The notes under the pieces: generated by a model
Told to the model about the DNA's origin: nothing
Seen by the model: the letters and a program-made list of their open reading frames with translations, nothing else
Database searches by the model: none
Source: Candidatus Latescibacterota bacterium
GTDB lineage: Bacteria > Latescibacterota > UBA2968 > GCA-2709665
Length of the DNA: 64,000 nt
NCBI GenBank assembly: GCA_965237675.1
Contig: OZ250150.1
Location: 1,920,001 to 1,984,000, forward strand
Direction of reading: 5' to 3'
Shown: positions 1 through 10,897 of the stretch, in pieces
Layout of the letters: each line of letters starts with the position of its first letter
How positions within the stretch are numbered: the stretch's first letter is position 1
Translations under genes and position numbers: made by a program

Positions 1-209
1 TATCCTGCAGGCAAAGCGACATTTCGCTCACATTCTTCAGAACTTCCGGATTCGCCGATTCCGACCGTGTCAACATCGGGCAGCGCCGATGCGTGTCGCT
101 GTCTGCCATCTTCTGCGATATGGGTGCTGGACCTAATCTCATGTTCTCCTCTCCGCCCATTATACTACACTAAAATCGGAGGGGAAATTGTCTCATTCAT
201 TTAGGCACA
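1..209 (-). mobile_element. Decayed IS3-family-like left end with orfA remnant, running off the window edge
   Basis: Minus strand reads tgtgcctaaatgaatgagaca...ccgattttagtgtagtataatgggcggagaggagaacATG. It aligns by eye with 33653-33861 (encoding PDPEVPERGKRRRFTA) and 48209-48279; bases 1-95 also align with 16038-16130. Confidence 0.6.
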
Positions 210-467
210 GAGGGGGAATACAACCAGACGACGTGTGCTTTGTGTGGTCTCGAACCACACTTCGGTTAAACTCACCGGTCCCTCAGACCAGAAAATCGTC
301 CACGCTTTCTTCTCTTTTGTGGAATCGACCACAGGGGTCTGTTGCGAGAATGCATCGGAAATACCGAGCGTCACAATCGCCCAAATCCAGATCATACGGA
401 GCATCGCGAGCAGGATACCGTCGCAGTAGTGGATTATATATGCATCTGGTGGATTGAGTCGTTGCAT
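201..467 (-). pseudogene. Truncated N-terminal fragment of a large TPR-GWxTD paralog
   Basis: Signal-peptide-like segment, then EGPVSLTEVWFETTQSTRRLVVFP, matching TGPVAITEIWVETEGGARRRLGVFP (1746-5168) and EGAISITEIWVVSKEDNRRRRIKTYP (29664-33419). It ends where the IS3-like remnant begins. Confidence 0.7.
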
Positions 468-568
468 TTGGTCCCCGGACCTTCGGCGAATTCTTCTCGC
501 GACGTAGGAAGTTTGTTTTAATCAATCTCGGGATCACGGCCCAGCGATGACCGCACGGAGTCGCGAGT

Positions 569-1651
569 TCAGCGATTGTAAATCAAGACGTGATCCGAAG
601 CCTCGCCGTCTTTCATTCCACCCGCAACCAGCACGCGACCGTCACGAAGGACGGTTGTTGTATAAAACTGTCGATTCTGCCCAATGCTGTCTCCCGTGGG
701 ACCGAACGCCCCCGAGGCCGGATCGTAAAGAACGACGTTTCCATCTTCGCCGCCGATGAGAAAGACTTCCCCCGTGCGAAGTACGGCGGCGGCCCAAATC
801 GGCGTGATACCTGGAGTTCCCGCCAGCGAGAACGATCCGGTAGCCGGGTCATATATCTCGGCGGTCGTTACCGGCTCAGGAGGAGAGTCCAGAACACCTT
901 TACTACCGCCAATAACCAATACCGTCCCGTCTCGAAGTAGCACGGCCTTGTGTCCCCGCCGTTCGTTGTGCAATTCGCCAACTTCCGTAAAGGCGTTGGA
1001 CGTCGAGTCATAGACTTCCGCTGCTTTGCCCAGGGCCGCAGGATAGCCGCCGCCAACGATGAGTATGCGCCCATCCCGCAGCAAAGTAGCCGTATGGCCT
1101 CCTCGACTGGCATCCAACCCGGAAATTGACGTGAAGTTGCCCGTGTCCGGGTCGAAAATGGCCACGCCCAATGCGCAATATGTGAGGATGCTGCCATTGG
1201 GAAGTAACGCTGCCGTGCCGATGTCTCCCAACGTTGCGTTGTATGCGGAGAATCTTCCAGATTGCGGATCGTAAATCTCCACCGGAGCGAGGTGCGCACC
1301 CAATATTACGACCCGACCATCCTGTAGCAATATTCCCATGTCGCGAGTTCGAGCCACCGACATGCTACGAGCCGCCGATGAGGTTTGGGTCTCAGGATCG
1401 AATAGCTCCGTGCTGTCGTGAAACATGGACATAGGCACGTACCCCGGGCTCTCCGTTGCGGCGCCGCCCGCGATGAGAACGTGGCCGTTTTTCAATAAGG
1501 TCGAAGTATGCCAGAACCGCTTTTGGGTCAGATTTCCGGCGAATTCAAAACCCTTCAGGTCGGTCGGTGGTTCCGACGGTGTCGGTACACTTCCGCCACA
1601 TGAAAGAATACTTGAACAAATAACGAGCACCGACACGAATCTCGTGGACAT
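569..1651 (-). CDS. Kelch-repeat (galactose oxidase-like) beta-propeller lipoprotein
   Basis: Repeated R..HTATLLRDGRILIVGG and AE(I/V)YD kelch motifs; lipobox ILSC; AGGA RBS before ATG at 1651 (the ORF-track start at 1762 overlaps the upstream gene). Confidence 0.85.
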   Translation of the reverse strand: MSTRFVSVLVICSSILSCGGSVPTPSEPPTDLKGFEFAGNLTQKRFWHTSTLLKNGHVLIAGGAATESPGYVPMSMFHDSTELFDPETQTSSAARSMSVARTRDMGILLQDGRVVILGAHLAPVEIYDPQSGRFSAYNATLGDIGTAALLPNGSILTYCALGVAIFDPDTGNFTSISGLDASRGGHTATLLRDGRILIVGGGYPAALGKAAEVYDSTSNAFTEVGELHNERRGHKAVLLRDGTVLVIGGSKGVLDSPPEPVTTAEIYDPATGSFSLAGTPGITPIWAAAVLRTGEVFLIGGEDGNVVLYDPASGAFGPTGDSIGQNRQFYTTTVLRDGRVLVAGGMKDGEASDHVLIYNR

Positions 1652-1745
1652 TTCGTGTCCTTCCTTGTACGTAGCCGCATGGGTACGCAGTAATGGCAAA
1701 TCAAAGGCGGTTATTTGATCCGACCTTCGGTTGTCCCCGACAATT

Positions 1746-4700
1746 CTATTGCGCGATGACAAACCCGGCGTCCTTCTCGGCGGTTTCGCCGCTGTTAACG
1801 TCCCTGACCATTACTTTCAACAGGTATTTGCCCGTCGGCTGGTTTTCTAACTCGAGTTCCACGTATTCCACTTCCTCGGCCGCCGCGCCCTGTTGATCGT
1901 ACGTGACAGACAATTCTTCGCGTTTGCCTTCCCGCCACCGCATCAGACTGGAGATGATTCCCGCGGCGCCGGGCGTGTCATTTGACGTGACCGTATAGGA
2001 TACCTCGTAGTTCGTCTGCCCGAATTCGTCCCGGGTCAAGTTGTAGATTTCGTAATAGACAAAGACACTCTTTCCTGTTCCGTAGCTCCTTGTAGGCATT
2101 GGGATCACACGCAGGTCGCCCTTGCTGAATACGGTCTTTTCGTGGTCCTTATCGATCTGCCAAGCGAGTTGCAGATCGCTGATCTGTAAGCCTTGTCCGC
2201 CATAAGCTTCTACGATAACATCCTGCCGATACCTGCCCTGCTTCCGGGACAAAAGGTCCTTGACTCCTATCTCCATGAGATAGCTCCCCGCGGGAAGGCC
2301 GACTCGAACCACATCAGGTACGAAGCCGTCACGCCTCCCGGTAAGGTCGCCCTCGTTCTTAAAAATGACCTGCCCCTTTCTTCGGTAGATTGCACCGGAT
2401 TCCTTATTGTGCAGCGCGACAGTCCGTTCAACCTCAATTCGGGTCTCCTTTTTCTCTTCGTGGAAGTGTCCCGACACGTGCGGAACGCCAAAATAGACTT
2501 CCAGGGCTGTTCCATCTTCCTGTCGAAAATCGGCCAGATCGTAGTAAAACGTGAGCGGATCGGTGTTGGATTGAACTCTGAAATAGTTGGGCGTAGCGCT
2601 GGTGGCCTGGGCGGTCACGGTTCGGGGATTGTAACGATTCAAACTTGCCTGCTGTCGAACCGGAATCCGCGCGTCGGAGGGTGACGGCGCAAAGTCGTAG
2701 ATCCCGTTTTGAAATTCATCGGTAAACGTGATTTCGATTCCCCCGCCAACGTCTACGTAGACCCAGGTCTCCCAGGCGACCATTGAGGCATCCTCCTGGC
2801 TGGAAACGGGCCTGTAATTTGTAGGTGGAAGGGCATCGCTGGCGTGGGTGTTACTTTCCGGTGAGTCTGCGAGCTTCGCGCTGAATTCGGGTCCTTCGCC
2901 CAATGATTGGCGAAGACTTTGAACGGGATAGACCGGGCCGGGATAAATGGACTCGAAAGGAGATGCCTCTAGAGCATAATCTCCGCTTTCGTGTCGAACG
3001 CCAACCGCATTCTCATTTGATTTGAGGAAGTATTTTGCAGGCACGGAGGTACCGTAGATTGCGCGCGCAAGACGTTCCTTTACCCGTTGGACGGCCAGGC
3101 TCTGTTCCACGTTCATCATATCTGAACGCGACCGATGGTCCGGCTCTCCAAAGCGGACGTACACATCGCCCCGGCGGTCCCAGGGCTGGCGCCCGCCTGA
3201 AAAATTGCGTCGGGCATACCACACGCGGCGATAGTGTTCCAGTAGCCGTTCGTTGGCTGCCGTCGTTAAATCCGGTTCCTTTTCCGTCCAGAACCTCTGC
3301 AAGAACTCTCCCTTGAACGCTTCGGGTGACTCTTCAAAGGCTGCCATCTCAGCTTCCGACGCCACGAGGCTGATGTCTCTGAAAAGTGCTCGCTCCTCAA
3401 CGTTTATGCTCTCCAGGTACCGTTTGAAATATGTATCGGCCTGATCGAGGGCATCCAGTTTCAGACAAGCCTGAGCCAATATGGGGAGGATTTCCGTGTC
3501 CCCGGGGTGCTGGCGGGCGTACCCTTCCAGGAGTTCGACAATCCTGGCATATTCTCGGGATTTCAGGTAGACGGCAGCCAATCGATTCCGTCCCTGAGGG
3601 TCATCCGGGCGCAGAGACATGTACTGCGCATAGTGGAGAGCCGCTCTTTCGTAATCCTTGTGAAATGTCTCGTACCATTCTCCAAGAAGCAGATAGGCAG
3701 GTCCGAACGTCGGATCCATGTCCAGAAGCTTCTCGCAGTCGCTCTTTACGTCATACTCCTTTAACGCATACCTGATCTTTGCAATGTTGAAACGCGCTTC
3801 AACATAGTCCCGGTCGTACTGAAGTGCTTTCTGGAAATATCGAATGGCGTCGTGCCGTGCTTTCGGCCGCTCCTGAAACACGAGCCCGAGACCGTTGTAC
3901 GCTTCGGCCAGTCTGTGGTCCAGTCGGGTCGCCCGTTCGAACGATGCCAGCGCTTTGTCCATTTGCCCTGATTCAAGATATGCGTAGCCCGCTTTTGCGT
4001 GTCCCAGTGCGAAACGAGGAGCCACCCGCGTTACCATTTCCAGTGCTTGAGGCGCGAGTGGATTCCCGGCTTCCAACAGCGCCATACCAACGGAAAGAAG
4101 TGAATCGACCCGCACGCGGCCAATGGATCTGTCCTGTATCCGGTCCCCATCTGGATCGCGAACCAGTTCCACCAGCCGCCCTTTATAGAAAAAACTGGTC
4201 AATATCGCCTCGCCTCGGGACGCGTCCGGACGATAGAAGTAGCTGAATTCGCGCTCCGATTCAGGGTCTGCCGGAGAGCGAAACAGAGCATTGAGAACTT
4301 CCAGATCTTCCTTTGAGGAAACTTGCGTCGCCGCCCAGGATTTAAGCACCAAAAGGTTCTCCGGACGACTCCCGTCACTGTCCAGAGCATATGCATGCAG
4401 CAGATCCGCGATGATCTGGAGATGGTCTCGACATACCCAACGTGCACCATCTTGTCGAGCTTCTATGGCTCTCTCTTTCATATTGCGCACGTACTCGTCT
4501 ATCGGTTCTCGATACAGTCCAATTTGCTCGAAATCACGCGGTAGAGCCGCGAATCTCGACGCCGCCCGGCGGTAATTTTCCGCGGCGCTATCAAAATCCC
4601 ATTGATGCAGGGCCGTGTAGGCTAAGGCGGCGGCCTGAAAAGCGGCTCCGAGACCTTGCAGTGCGGCTGTTATTTCTTTCGATGCGGGACCGTGCGTGTC

Positions 4701-5168
4701 GTCGGTGTATGTATTCGTCCTGCCTGCACCTGCATCACTGACACTGCTTTCCGGGATGGTTCGTATGTGCCCTCGACCAATGGGGATTTCCCAAATCCGT
4801 GGAGGAAACAGCGGCGTAACCCTTCGTTCCACGAGCGGTATACTGATCATCTTTGTTTCAAGTGGCTGTTCGATGTAATGGAGGCGATCTCCATTTGCGT
4901 TCCACTCCAAGCCGTTCGACTTTCCAGGGAATACGCCCAAGCGACGTCGCGCGCCTCCTTCGGTCTCGACCCATATCTCCGTAATGGCGACCGGGCCGGT
5001 TTCCAGCCCGAGAGCCCATGCAGTACCCCCTTTGTTGGAAACGGATATCAAGGACCGAGGGGTTTCCGCATTGAGTTCCTGAAGAGGGTAGACTGCCGCA
5101 AATGCCGCCACGAAAAACGCCAATCGAAACAGCTGTTTCATGGACATTGAACCACGTTCTGATTCCAT
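1746..5168 (-). CDS. Secreted TPR + GWxTD-family protein, large type
   Basis: Signal peptide; TPR repeats (AEAYNGLGLVF); FW...NERLLEHYRRVWYA...PWDRRGDVYVRFGEPD core; WETWVY; C-terminal YYEIYNL..DEFGQT beta-sandwich-like domain. Confidence 0.85.
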   Translation of the reverse strand: MESERGSMSMKQLFRLAFFVAAFAAVYPLQELNAETPRSLISVSNKGGTAWALGLETGPVAITEIWVETEGGARRRLGVFPGKSNGLEWNANGDRLHYIEQPLETKMISIPLVERRVTPLFPPRIWEIPIGRGHIRTIPESSVSDAGAGRTNTYTDDTHGPASKEITAALQGLGAAFQAAALAYTALHQWDFDSAAENYRRAASRFAALPRDFEQIGLYREPIDEYVRNMKERAIEARQDGARWVCRDHLQIIADLLHAYALDSDGSRPENLLVLKSWAATQVSSKEDLEVLNALFRSPADPESEREFSYFYRPDASRGEAILTSFFYKGRLVELVRDPDGDRIQDRSIGRVRVDSLLSVGMALLEAGNPLAPQALEMVTRVAPRFALGHAKAGYAYLESGQMDKALASFERATRLDHRLAEAYNGLGLVFQERPKARHDAIRYFQKALQYDRDYVEARFNIAKIRYALKEYDVKSDCEKLLDMDPTFGPAYLLLGEWYETFHKDYERAALHYAQYMSLRPDDPQGRNRLAAVYLKSREYARIVELLEGYARQHPGDTEILPILAQACLKLDALDQADTYFKRYLESINVEERALFRDISLVASEAEMAAFEESPEAFKGEFLQRFWTEKEPDLTTAANERLLEHYRRVWYARRNFSGGRQPWDRRGDVYVRFGEPDHRSRSDMMNVEQSLAVQRVKERLARAIYGTSVPAKYFLKSNENAVGVRHESGDYALEASPFESIYPGPVYPVQSLRQSLGEGPEFSAKLADSPESNTHASDALPPTNYRPVSSQEDASMVAWETWVYVDVGGGIEITFTDEFQNGIYDFAPSPSDARIPVRQQASLNRYNPRTVTAQATSATPNYFRVQSNTDPLTFYYDLADFRQEDGTALEVYFGVPHVSGHFHEEKKETRIEVERTVALHNKESGAIYRRKGQVIFKNEGDLTGRRDGFVPDVVRVGLPAGSYLMEIGVKDLLSRKQGRYRQDVIVEAYGGQGLQISDLQLAWQIDKDHEKTVFSKGDLRVIPMPTRSYGTGKSVFVYYEIYNLTRDEFGQTNYEVSYTVTSNDTPGAAGIISSLMRWREGKREELSVTYDQQGAAAEEVEYVELELENQPTGKYLLKVMVRDVNSGETAEKDAGFVIAQ

Positions 5169-5343
5169 GTCATCGCCCTTTCATGGTAATTGGACCACGA
5201 AAGTTAGGTTGCCTTCCTGTTACTAAACTTTGAAGAATTGTGCTCCGTCCACGAGGAATCCGGCAATGTGTTTCCAGGCTTATTACTTGCGACGTACGAA
5301 ACGTCTCAGAAATCCACATCCGGTCTGCGTATGCCCGCAAGTT

Positions 5344-6954
5344 CTATTCGCCGACACCTATCCTGGCTTGAACGGACATCTTTACGGCATCGCTATCCAC
5401 AATGCGAACCTTGCGGCCGTTCGTGGTTTCCGTTGTGATCACAATCAGGTAAGTGAGGCGCGACCTGGAAAACAAAATCGCCTCTGCCGCCGTAAGCGTC
5501 ACCTGTTCCCGGTGAACCGTGGTTTCCTTGACCAATCCTGTGGCGGCATCGATCGGCGCCGCGCCAATGGAAATGTCTCCCTGCCTAGGGATCTTCAGGG
5601 CGGGGGATTCCAGAATCCGTTCGGCGTCTGTGCCCAGAAGAAGCCGGACCCCCACACCTACGGGCAGCCCATTGGCGAGATCAAGTGTGAGCGAGCCTCC
5701 GGTGGCATTCGCAATTTTCGCCCGGGTAAACGTGTCCACATTGATGCGCTTTGGTTCGGAGACAGCGGTGTGTTCTCCGAAGGCGGCATCTATTGACGAA
5801 CGGATTGCCACCTGGATATCGATACCGTCGTTCCGGCTTACCTTGGACGGGTTGGTGCCGCCCAGCAGGATGTGTCCGCTGATTTCGATGGTTTCCGGTT
5901 TCAGGTTTAACAGGTCGACGATGTTGCTGTTCATTTCGTCGAGCCGGAGCGTGGTCACTACCGGATGGTCCGGATTTCCCTCGGCAAGGACACCCAATTC
6001 CTTGGGAAGATCCAGGGTTGCCGACCTCCCGCCTGTCGTGTCCTGTCGAGCAATGACTTTCAGGCTTAATTCCCGTGAAAATATAATCCCATTGGCAAGG
6101 TTGATTTCGAGAGTCGCAGCCTGTACGCCGTCGAAGTCCGTTGGCAAAGCGATGGCCACAGGACCGGTTTCAAACGGGATACGCATATCGACGATACGAC
6201 CCGATAACGTGTTGAATGCGATAGGAGACGGAACGTAGTTCCAATCCACCATCCGTTCGCTAATTAGACGAAGGCCTGAAGTTCCCACATCCAGATTTCC
6301 CTCAATAATGCGAATAAAACCATTTGGACTAACACGAGGTTTTAGGAGAGTTCCACCCAAGGAAAATCGAACGGTTTTTACGTCTTCCGCCGGAATGACG
6401 TCCGACACGATTAATTCCCCGTTCCTCGTGATGTCACCGAAATACAGTTTTATCCGTACGTCTTCCGGCATATTGTTGCGCATATCGAACCGCATTTCCC
6501 CGGACAAGATCTCAGTCTGCATAACTTCGAACCGGGTCGGCTTCAAATTGAGTGTTACCCATGACGTTGTCCACCCGGTACTTGGATGCCTGCCTCCCCA
6601 GCCGGAATCCGGCAAGGGGAAGATCATCAGACTGTCTTCGAGTGTCACACGGATATCCTGCGCAAAATCGACGGAAGGGCGAACCGCCTGCATGTCCTCG
6701 TGTTGAGAGACAATTTCCCGCATCGTGAGGAGGATATCACCGAAGGACAGGTTGATCGACGTGCTGGTATGGGCGGGGCTCTGGGTTGGCGCTGGACCCT
6801 GCGGCGAATTCTTCTCGCTGCAACCCAAAACCGTTAAGGCAAAAACAACGACACAGGCAGAGGAGGTCCATGTCGTGTATATTGAAACCATTCGCGGTTT
6901 TCGACCCATATAACTCACTGTCTTAGCCCTGAAAGACGTGTTGGACATGAACAT
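5344..6954 (-). CDS. Hypothetical beta-rich lipoprotein
   Basis: 536-aa ORF co-oriented with neighbours; hydrophobic stretch ending in lipobox VLGC, then a Pro/Ser/Thr linker. Start uncertain. Confidence 0.7.
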   Translation of the reverse strand: MFMSNTSFRAKTVSYMGRKPRMVSIYTTWTSSACVVVFALTVLGCSEKNSPQGPAPTQSPAHTSTSINLSFGDILLTMREIVSQHEDMQAVRPSVDFAQDIRVTLEDSLMIFPLPDSGWGGRHPSTGWTTSWVTLNLKPTRFEVMQTEILSGEMRFDMRNNMPEDVRIKLYFGDITRNGELIVSDVIPAEDVKTVRFSLGGTLLKPRVSPNGFIRIIEGNLDVGTSGLRLISERMVDWNYVPSPIAFNTLSGRIVDMRIPFETGPVAIALPTDFDGVQAATLEINLANGIIFSRELSLKVIARQDTTGGRSATLDLPKELGVLAEGNPDHPVVTTLRLDEMNSNIVDLLNLKPETIEISGHILLGGTNPSKVSRNDGIDIQVAIRSSIDAAFGEHTAVSEPKRINVDTFTRAKIANATGGSLTLDLANGLPVGVGVRLLLGTDAERILESPALKIPRQGDISIGAAPIDAATGLVKETTVHREQVTLTAAEAILFSRSRLTYLIVITTETTNGRKVRIVDSDAVKMSVQARIGVGE

Positions 6955-7120
6955 GGTTCACTTTCCTAGATGCCGTTTCATGACCTGGTGGATTTTTTCG
7001 ACCCGAGCGATAATGGTCTGGAAGGACCAGGAGTAGACGATGATTGCATTGGGCACGTAAGAGTCCGGTCTGACGTCCACTGCCGCGAATCGAAAGGGAG
7101 CAAGGTTTCCAGGACCGGGT

Positions 7121-8203
7121 TTACGGCGTGTAGATCAGGACCTCATCCGTCGATTCCAGATCATTCCAGCCACCGGAAACCAGAACGCGACCGTCGTTGA
7201 GCACGGTTACAGTATACAAGTCTCGATTCGAACCTATGCTATGCCCCGTCCGTGTGGAAGTACCCGTGGCTGGATCATAAAGCACCACTTCCCGGACGCT
7301 CAAAGTAAAGACTTTGCCGGTCGGCATCAGAAAGGCGGTACGGATTGCTTCTATTGCTGTATTGCCTCCGGGTGAAAACGTCTCCGTAGCAAGGTCGAAA
7401 AACTCGGCGGTCTGTACGTCTTCAGATGCGTTGATATCACCCTTGCGCCCGCCAATGATCAACACCCTGCCGTCGCGGAGAAGCATTGCTTTGTGTCCCC
7501 ACCGTTCGTTGTTCAGATCGCCGACGGCCTTGAACGAATTGGTTTCTGGGTCGTAAATCTCGGAGCCCTTAACCATTTCGCCGGCGCTTATTCCACCTGC
7601 GAGAAGTACACGCCCATCGTGTAATAAAGTCGCCGAATGACCGTCGCGAGGGAAAATCATCCTTTTCACGGAAGAGAATTCTCCCGTATCAGGGTTGTAA
7701 ACTGTGGTGTTACCCTGTTCATCAGATACGAAAACACCTCCGGTCTGAAGTAGAGTTACCGTACGCGGGTGTCCACGCATTGGAAGGTACGCCGTAGCCG
7801 AGAATCTCCTGGTCTGTGGGTCGTATATCTCCACGGGTTTGTCGCGAAAACCGATCAATACGACCCGGCCGTCCCGTAGCAATAAACCTTTGTCGTATTG
7901 TCGAGCTTGGGTCAGATTTCCCGTTGGCGATGAGGTTCCGTTTTCAGGATTGAATATCTCCGCACTGTTGTGCATCATTGCCGGTGAAGAGTGCCCCGGA
8001 CGATCCGTTTCAACGCCACCAGCAAATAGAACCTGCCCGTTCTTCAATTGTACCGCGACATGCCAGAATCGCTTCGTCGTCATTCTTCCGGCAATTTCGA
8101 ATCCCGGTGCATTAACTGACTGCTCCGATTCGGTTGGCACACTTCCACCACAGCCCAGAAAACATAGGACAAAAAAAAGCTTAGTCACAGATTTGGCTGG
8201 CAT
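7121..8203 (-). CDS. Kelch-repeat beta-propeller lipoprotein, paralog of 569-1651
   Basis: Lipobox FLGC followed by GGSVPT, as in the paralog; HSATLLHDGRVLLAGG and EIYDP repeats; GGAGG RBS. Confidence 0.88.
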   Translation of the reverse strand: MPAKSVTKLFFVLCFLGCGGSVPTESEQSVNAPGFEIAGRMTTKRFWHVAVQLKNGQVLFAGGVETDRPGHSSPAMMHNSAEIFNPENGTSSPTGNLTQARQYDKGLLLRDGRVVLIGFRDKPVEIYDPQTRRFSATAYLPMRGHPRTVTLLQTGGVFVSDEQGNTTVYNPDTGEFSSVKRMIFPRDGHSATLLHDGRVLLAGGISAGEMVKGSEIYDPETNSFKAVGDLNNERWGHKAMLLRDGRVLIIGGRKGDINASEDVQTAEFFDLATETFSPGGNTAIEAIRTAFLMPTGKVFTLSVREVVLYDPATGTSTRTGHSIGSNRDLYTVTVLNDGRVLVSGGWNDLESTDEVLIYTP

Positions 8204-8464
8204 GGTTTGGTGTTTGCCTCCTTTCGAACCGCGAAATCCATCGATGTTCTTTCAACACCGGTGTCCCACGTGTTCCTAATCCACCGTTATAGACTCCCGC
8301 TTTTCCCATTCACCGAGCACCTTACCCAGTCCCGCCAGAATTCGCACAGCTATGGACTTTCGCTCCGCCGACTCGACCTGAGATGGACAACGAGTCACTT
8401 TGCCCTTACGTCCACGTGAATAGCATGTCATCGTACGGTTTGCGTTCCCCAGCCGCCTGAATTT

Positions 8465-10897
8465 TCACTCAATCACCCGGAACAACGCGTCGCGCGCCAC
8501 CACCTGACCGCCGTGCAAATCTTTGACCCGCACCGACAGGCGGTGCACACCCACAGGTACGTGGCTCAGGTCAATCTGCAGATACGTGAAGTCATCCTCG
8601 CGATCCCCCTCATACCGCGCGGTAATCGTCGTCTCCATCCCCTCTTTGCTTCGGCCCAATTTCTTGATCCGGCTGGCAAGTTTTTCCTCATCCGGAAACA
8701 CAAACCTTGCCCGGTACGTCAACTCATCCTTCTTATGCGCGTCGAAATAGTCCTGAACCACTACTGGTGGCGCGACCGGCAAACCCTGATGAGGCTGGTC
8801 TTCTTCGTCCGCCGCTCGTAATGGCCGGCGCATGCCCGACTCACGCGTCTTGGAAACGCGAGTCACCTCCAATTGCTTGCCCCCCTCGGGCAACCGTTGC
8901 GCCACGAACAGGTACGGATCGATCTTCTTCTGCTCCGGCCGGCCGATCCGATACGCGATCTCGTACTCCGTCCGTCCGAATTCGTCCCGCTCCAGATTGT
9001 ACACATCCAGGTAGATGAACGCGGGTTCGGACCGATGGTAGGTCCGCAGCGGATTTGCCACAATGTCCATGTCCGACCGCCCCTCGGGAAAGGGCGTTCG
9101 CGTTTCAATCCGCACCGCCAGCAACAGATCGCTCATGGTCAGCGAAGAATCCCCCGTCTCGAACCTGCGCTGTTCCCGAAACGTCCCGATCGATCCCTGC
9201 TTCCGGTCCCGCACCTCGCCCACCAGATTGTAGGCACCGGGTGCCAGCCGGAATGCCAACTGAAACACCAGATGACTATTCCGCAAGCTGTCCACAGCGG
9301 GATACCCACTGGGCGTTATCTCTGGCCACCTCAATTTGAGATCCGACGTCTTCCGATACGCCTCGTCCCAGTGCTCGTCAAAAAGAAATACGCCGTTCTC
9401 GAGAGCAATGCTCCTGTCCGAATCCGATACGGTCACATTGTATTTGGGCAGCGCATACGCCAGTTCCACGCGGAGGCTGTCCCCGTCCTTGAAGCTTGCA
9501 ACCTGGTAAGGCACGCTGTATTTCTTCCGACCATAGGGATCGACATATCGCGGCCGATCCGGTAAACGAGATGGAGAGAAGCCGTGGAATCCATCCGATA
9601 TCTGAAAATCAACCCGAAAACCCTCATAAAACCATGTCTCCTTCTGCATCGTCAGTTTCCAGGGTATCCTCCTTCCTGGAAGAGATCTGCCGAAGGTGCT
9701 GGGCTTGTCTATCGGGATGGTGGATATTGTCGGCCGTCGCATCCGTCGGTCGAGATATCGTCCCAGTTTGATATAGGCTTTGCCCATATCCGTCCGCCAG
9801 CCCTCAATGCCCTTCGAGGGTCGACTGAACCGCAGATTCGCATAAGCTACCCGGCCGTAGTGCTCCATGCGGCGTTCGTTGAATTCAGTCAGAAACAGAG
9901 GATCCTGACGCCGCCAAAACCGAATTCGCTCGACACTATCTACCCAGGGTTGAGTAACATCTCCGCCTGCCTTTTGCTCAGAACGTAAGTCTACAAGCTT
10001 TGCGCGATCTTCGTCCTGAACAATGTTCTCTACTGATTCCATCACTGCTCGCTCATCCGGCACCATTCTTTGAAGCGCACGGGTATAGAATTCATGCGCC
10101 AATACTTCCTCCCCCATTGCCTGGTATCCGAGCCCACAGAAGAGCAGTGCGTCCTTGTCATCAGGGACGCGCTCCAAAAGCAGGTTTGCCACCCGTATCA
10201 ATTCTATGGGCCGATTCGTTTCAAGGCAGGCAAGCCCAAGTTGAAAATACGCATCTTTGAAATGAGGGTCTGCCTCGATACACGTCTTCAAATACGAGAC
10301 GGCTTCATTCAGTTCCTCAATGCCAAAACCACTCCACGAGTGTCTGTTACGTGCATGTTCTCTCCAGTTGAATCCGGACACCATGTTCATCATGACCATA
10401 TTGTTATATTTCATGAAGTTCTTGATTCCATAGTGGCCGATCATATAGGCTGCCTTTGCGTTTTTGGGATCGAGCTCCAGAACGTTTTTGTACTCGTTTA
10501 CTGCATTGTGCCAGGATCCCTGCGCCCACAAGATATCCCCCGTCGCGAGGCGATAGGTCACATTGTCACGATCCAGACGAACGGCATTTTTAACGGCCTT
10601 CCAGGCGCTATGGCGGTCCATGGGGGTGTCAAGGGACATATACAGTTTTGCGACTTCATAATGCGCCCGTGCATGGTCCCGATCCTCCCTCAATACTTGC
10701 CGGAAGGCCTCCAGACTCTCCTTCGCGGTGACACGACCGACCTGCTCCAACGCCGTCTCGTAGAGCATGTTGGCAACCTGCTTCTTGCCGGCGGCGATCG
10801 GTGTCACGAGGAAGAATCCGACACATAGGAAGGCAGAAGCCATTGAAGTCAACCTTGTGCGGCGTCTCCGCATATGAAGACCTCGGTTGATTGACAT
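8465..10897 (-). CDS. Secreted TPR + GWxTD-family protein with canonical motif
   Basis: FWRRQDP...NERRMEHYGRVAYANLRF...EGWRTDMGKAYIKLG; TPRs; signal-like N-terminus; C-terminal YLDVYNLERDEFGRT domain. Start set at ATG 10897 after GAGGGG. Confidence 0.87.
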   Translation of the reverse strand: MSINRGLHMRRRRTRLTSMASAFLCVGFFLVTPIAAGKKQVANMLYETALEQVGRVTAKESLEAFRQVLREDRDHARAHYEVAKLYMSLDTPMDRHSAWKAVKNAVRLDRDNVTYRLATGDILWAQGSWHNAVNEYKNVLELDPKNAKAAYMIGHYGIKNFMKYNNMVMMNMVSGFNWREHARNRHSWSGFGIEELNEAVSYLKTCIEADPHFKDAYFQLGLACLETNRPIELIRVANLLLERVPDDKDALLFCGLGYQAMGEEVLAHEFYTRALQRMVPDERAVMESVENIVQDEDRAKLVDLRSEQKAGGDVTQPWVDSVERIRFWRRQDPLFLTEFNERRMEHYGRVAYANLRFSRPSKGIEGWRTDMGKAYIKLGRYLDRRMRRPTISTIPIDKPSTFGRSLPGRRIPWKLTMQKETWFYEGFRVDFQISDGFHGFSPSRLPDRPRYVDPYGRKKYSVPYQVASFKDGDSLRVELAYALPKYNVTVSDSDRSIALENGVFLFDEHWDEAYRKTSDLKLRWPEITPSGYPAVDSLRNSHLVFQLAFRLAPGAYNLVGEVRDRKQGSIGTFREQRRFETGDSSLTMSDLLLAVRIETRTPFPEGRSDMDIVANPLRTYHRSEPAFIYLDVYNLERDEFGRTEYEIAYRIGRPEQKKIDPYLFVAQRLPEGGKQLEVTRVSKTRESGMRRPLRAADEEDQPHQGLPVAPPVVVQDYFDAHKKDELTYRARFVFPDEEKLASRIKKLGRSKEGMETTITARYEGDREDDFTYLQIDLSHVPVGVHRLSVRVKDLHGGQVVARDALFRVIE

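Noticed and set aside
1652-1762. Shared MSSRNRIV.DNR N-terminus of ORFs 569-1762 and 27512-29680 as a conserved leader peptide
   Set aside because: It is an alternative-frame reading of the homologous 3' ends of two GWxTD genes; better starts with RBS and signal peptides lie downstream.
5262-5276. Sigma54-like TGGAAACACATTGCC upstream of 5168
   Set aside because: GG-to-GC spacing is 9 nt, not the required 10.
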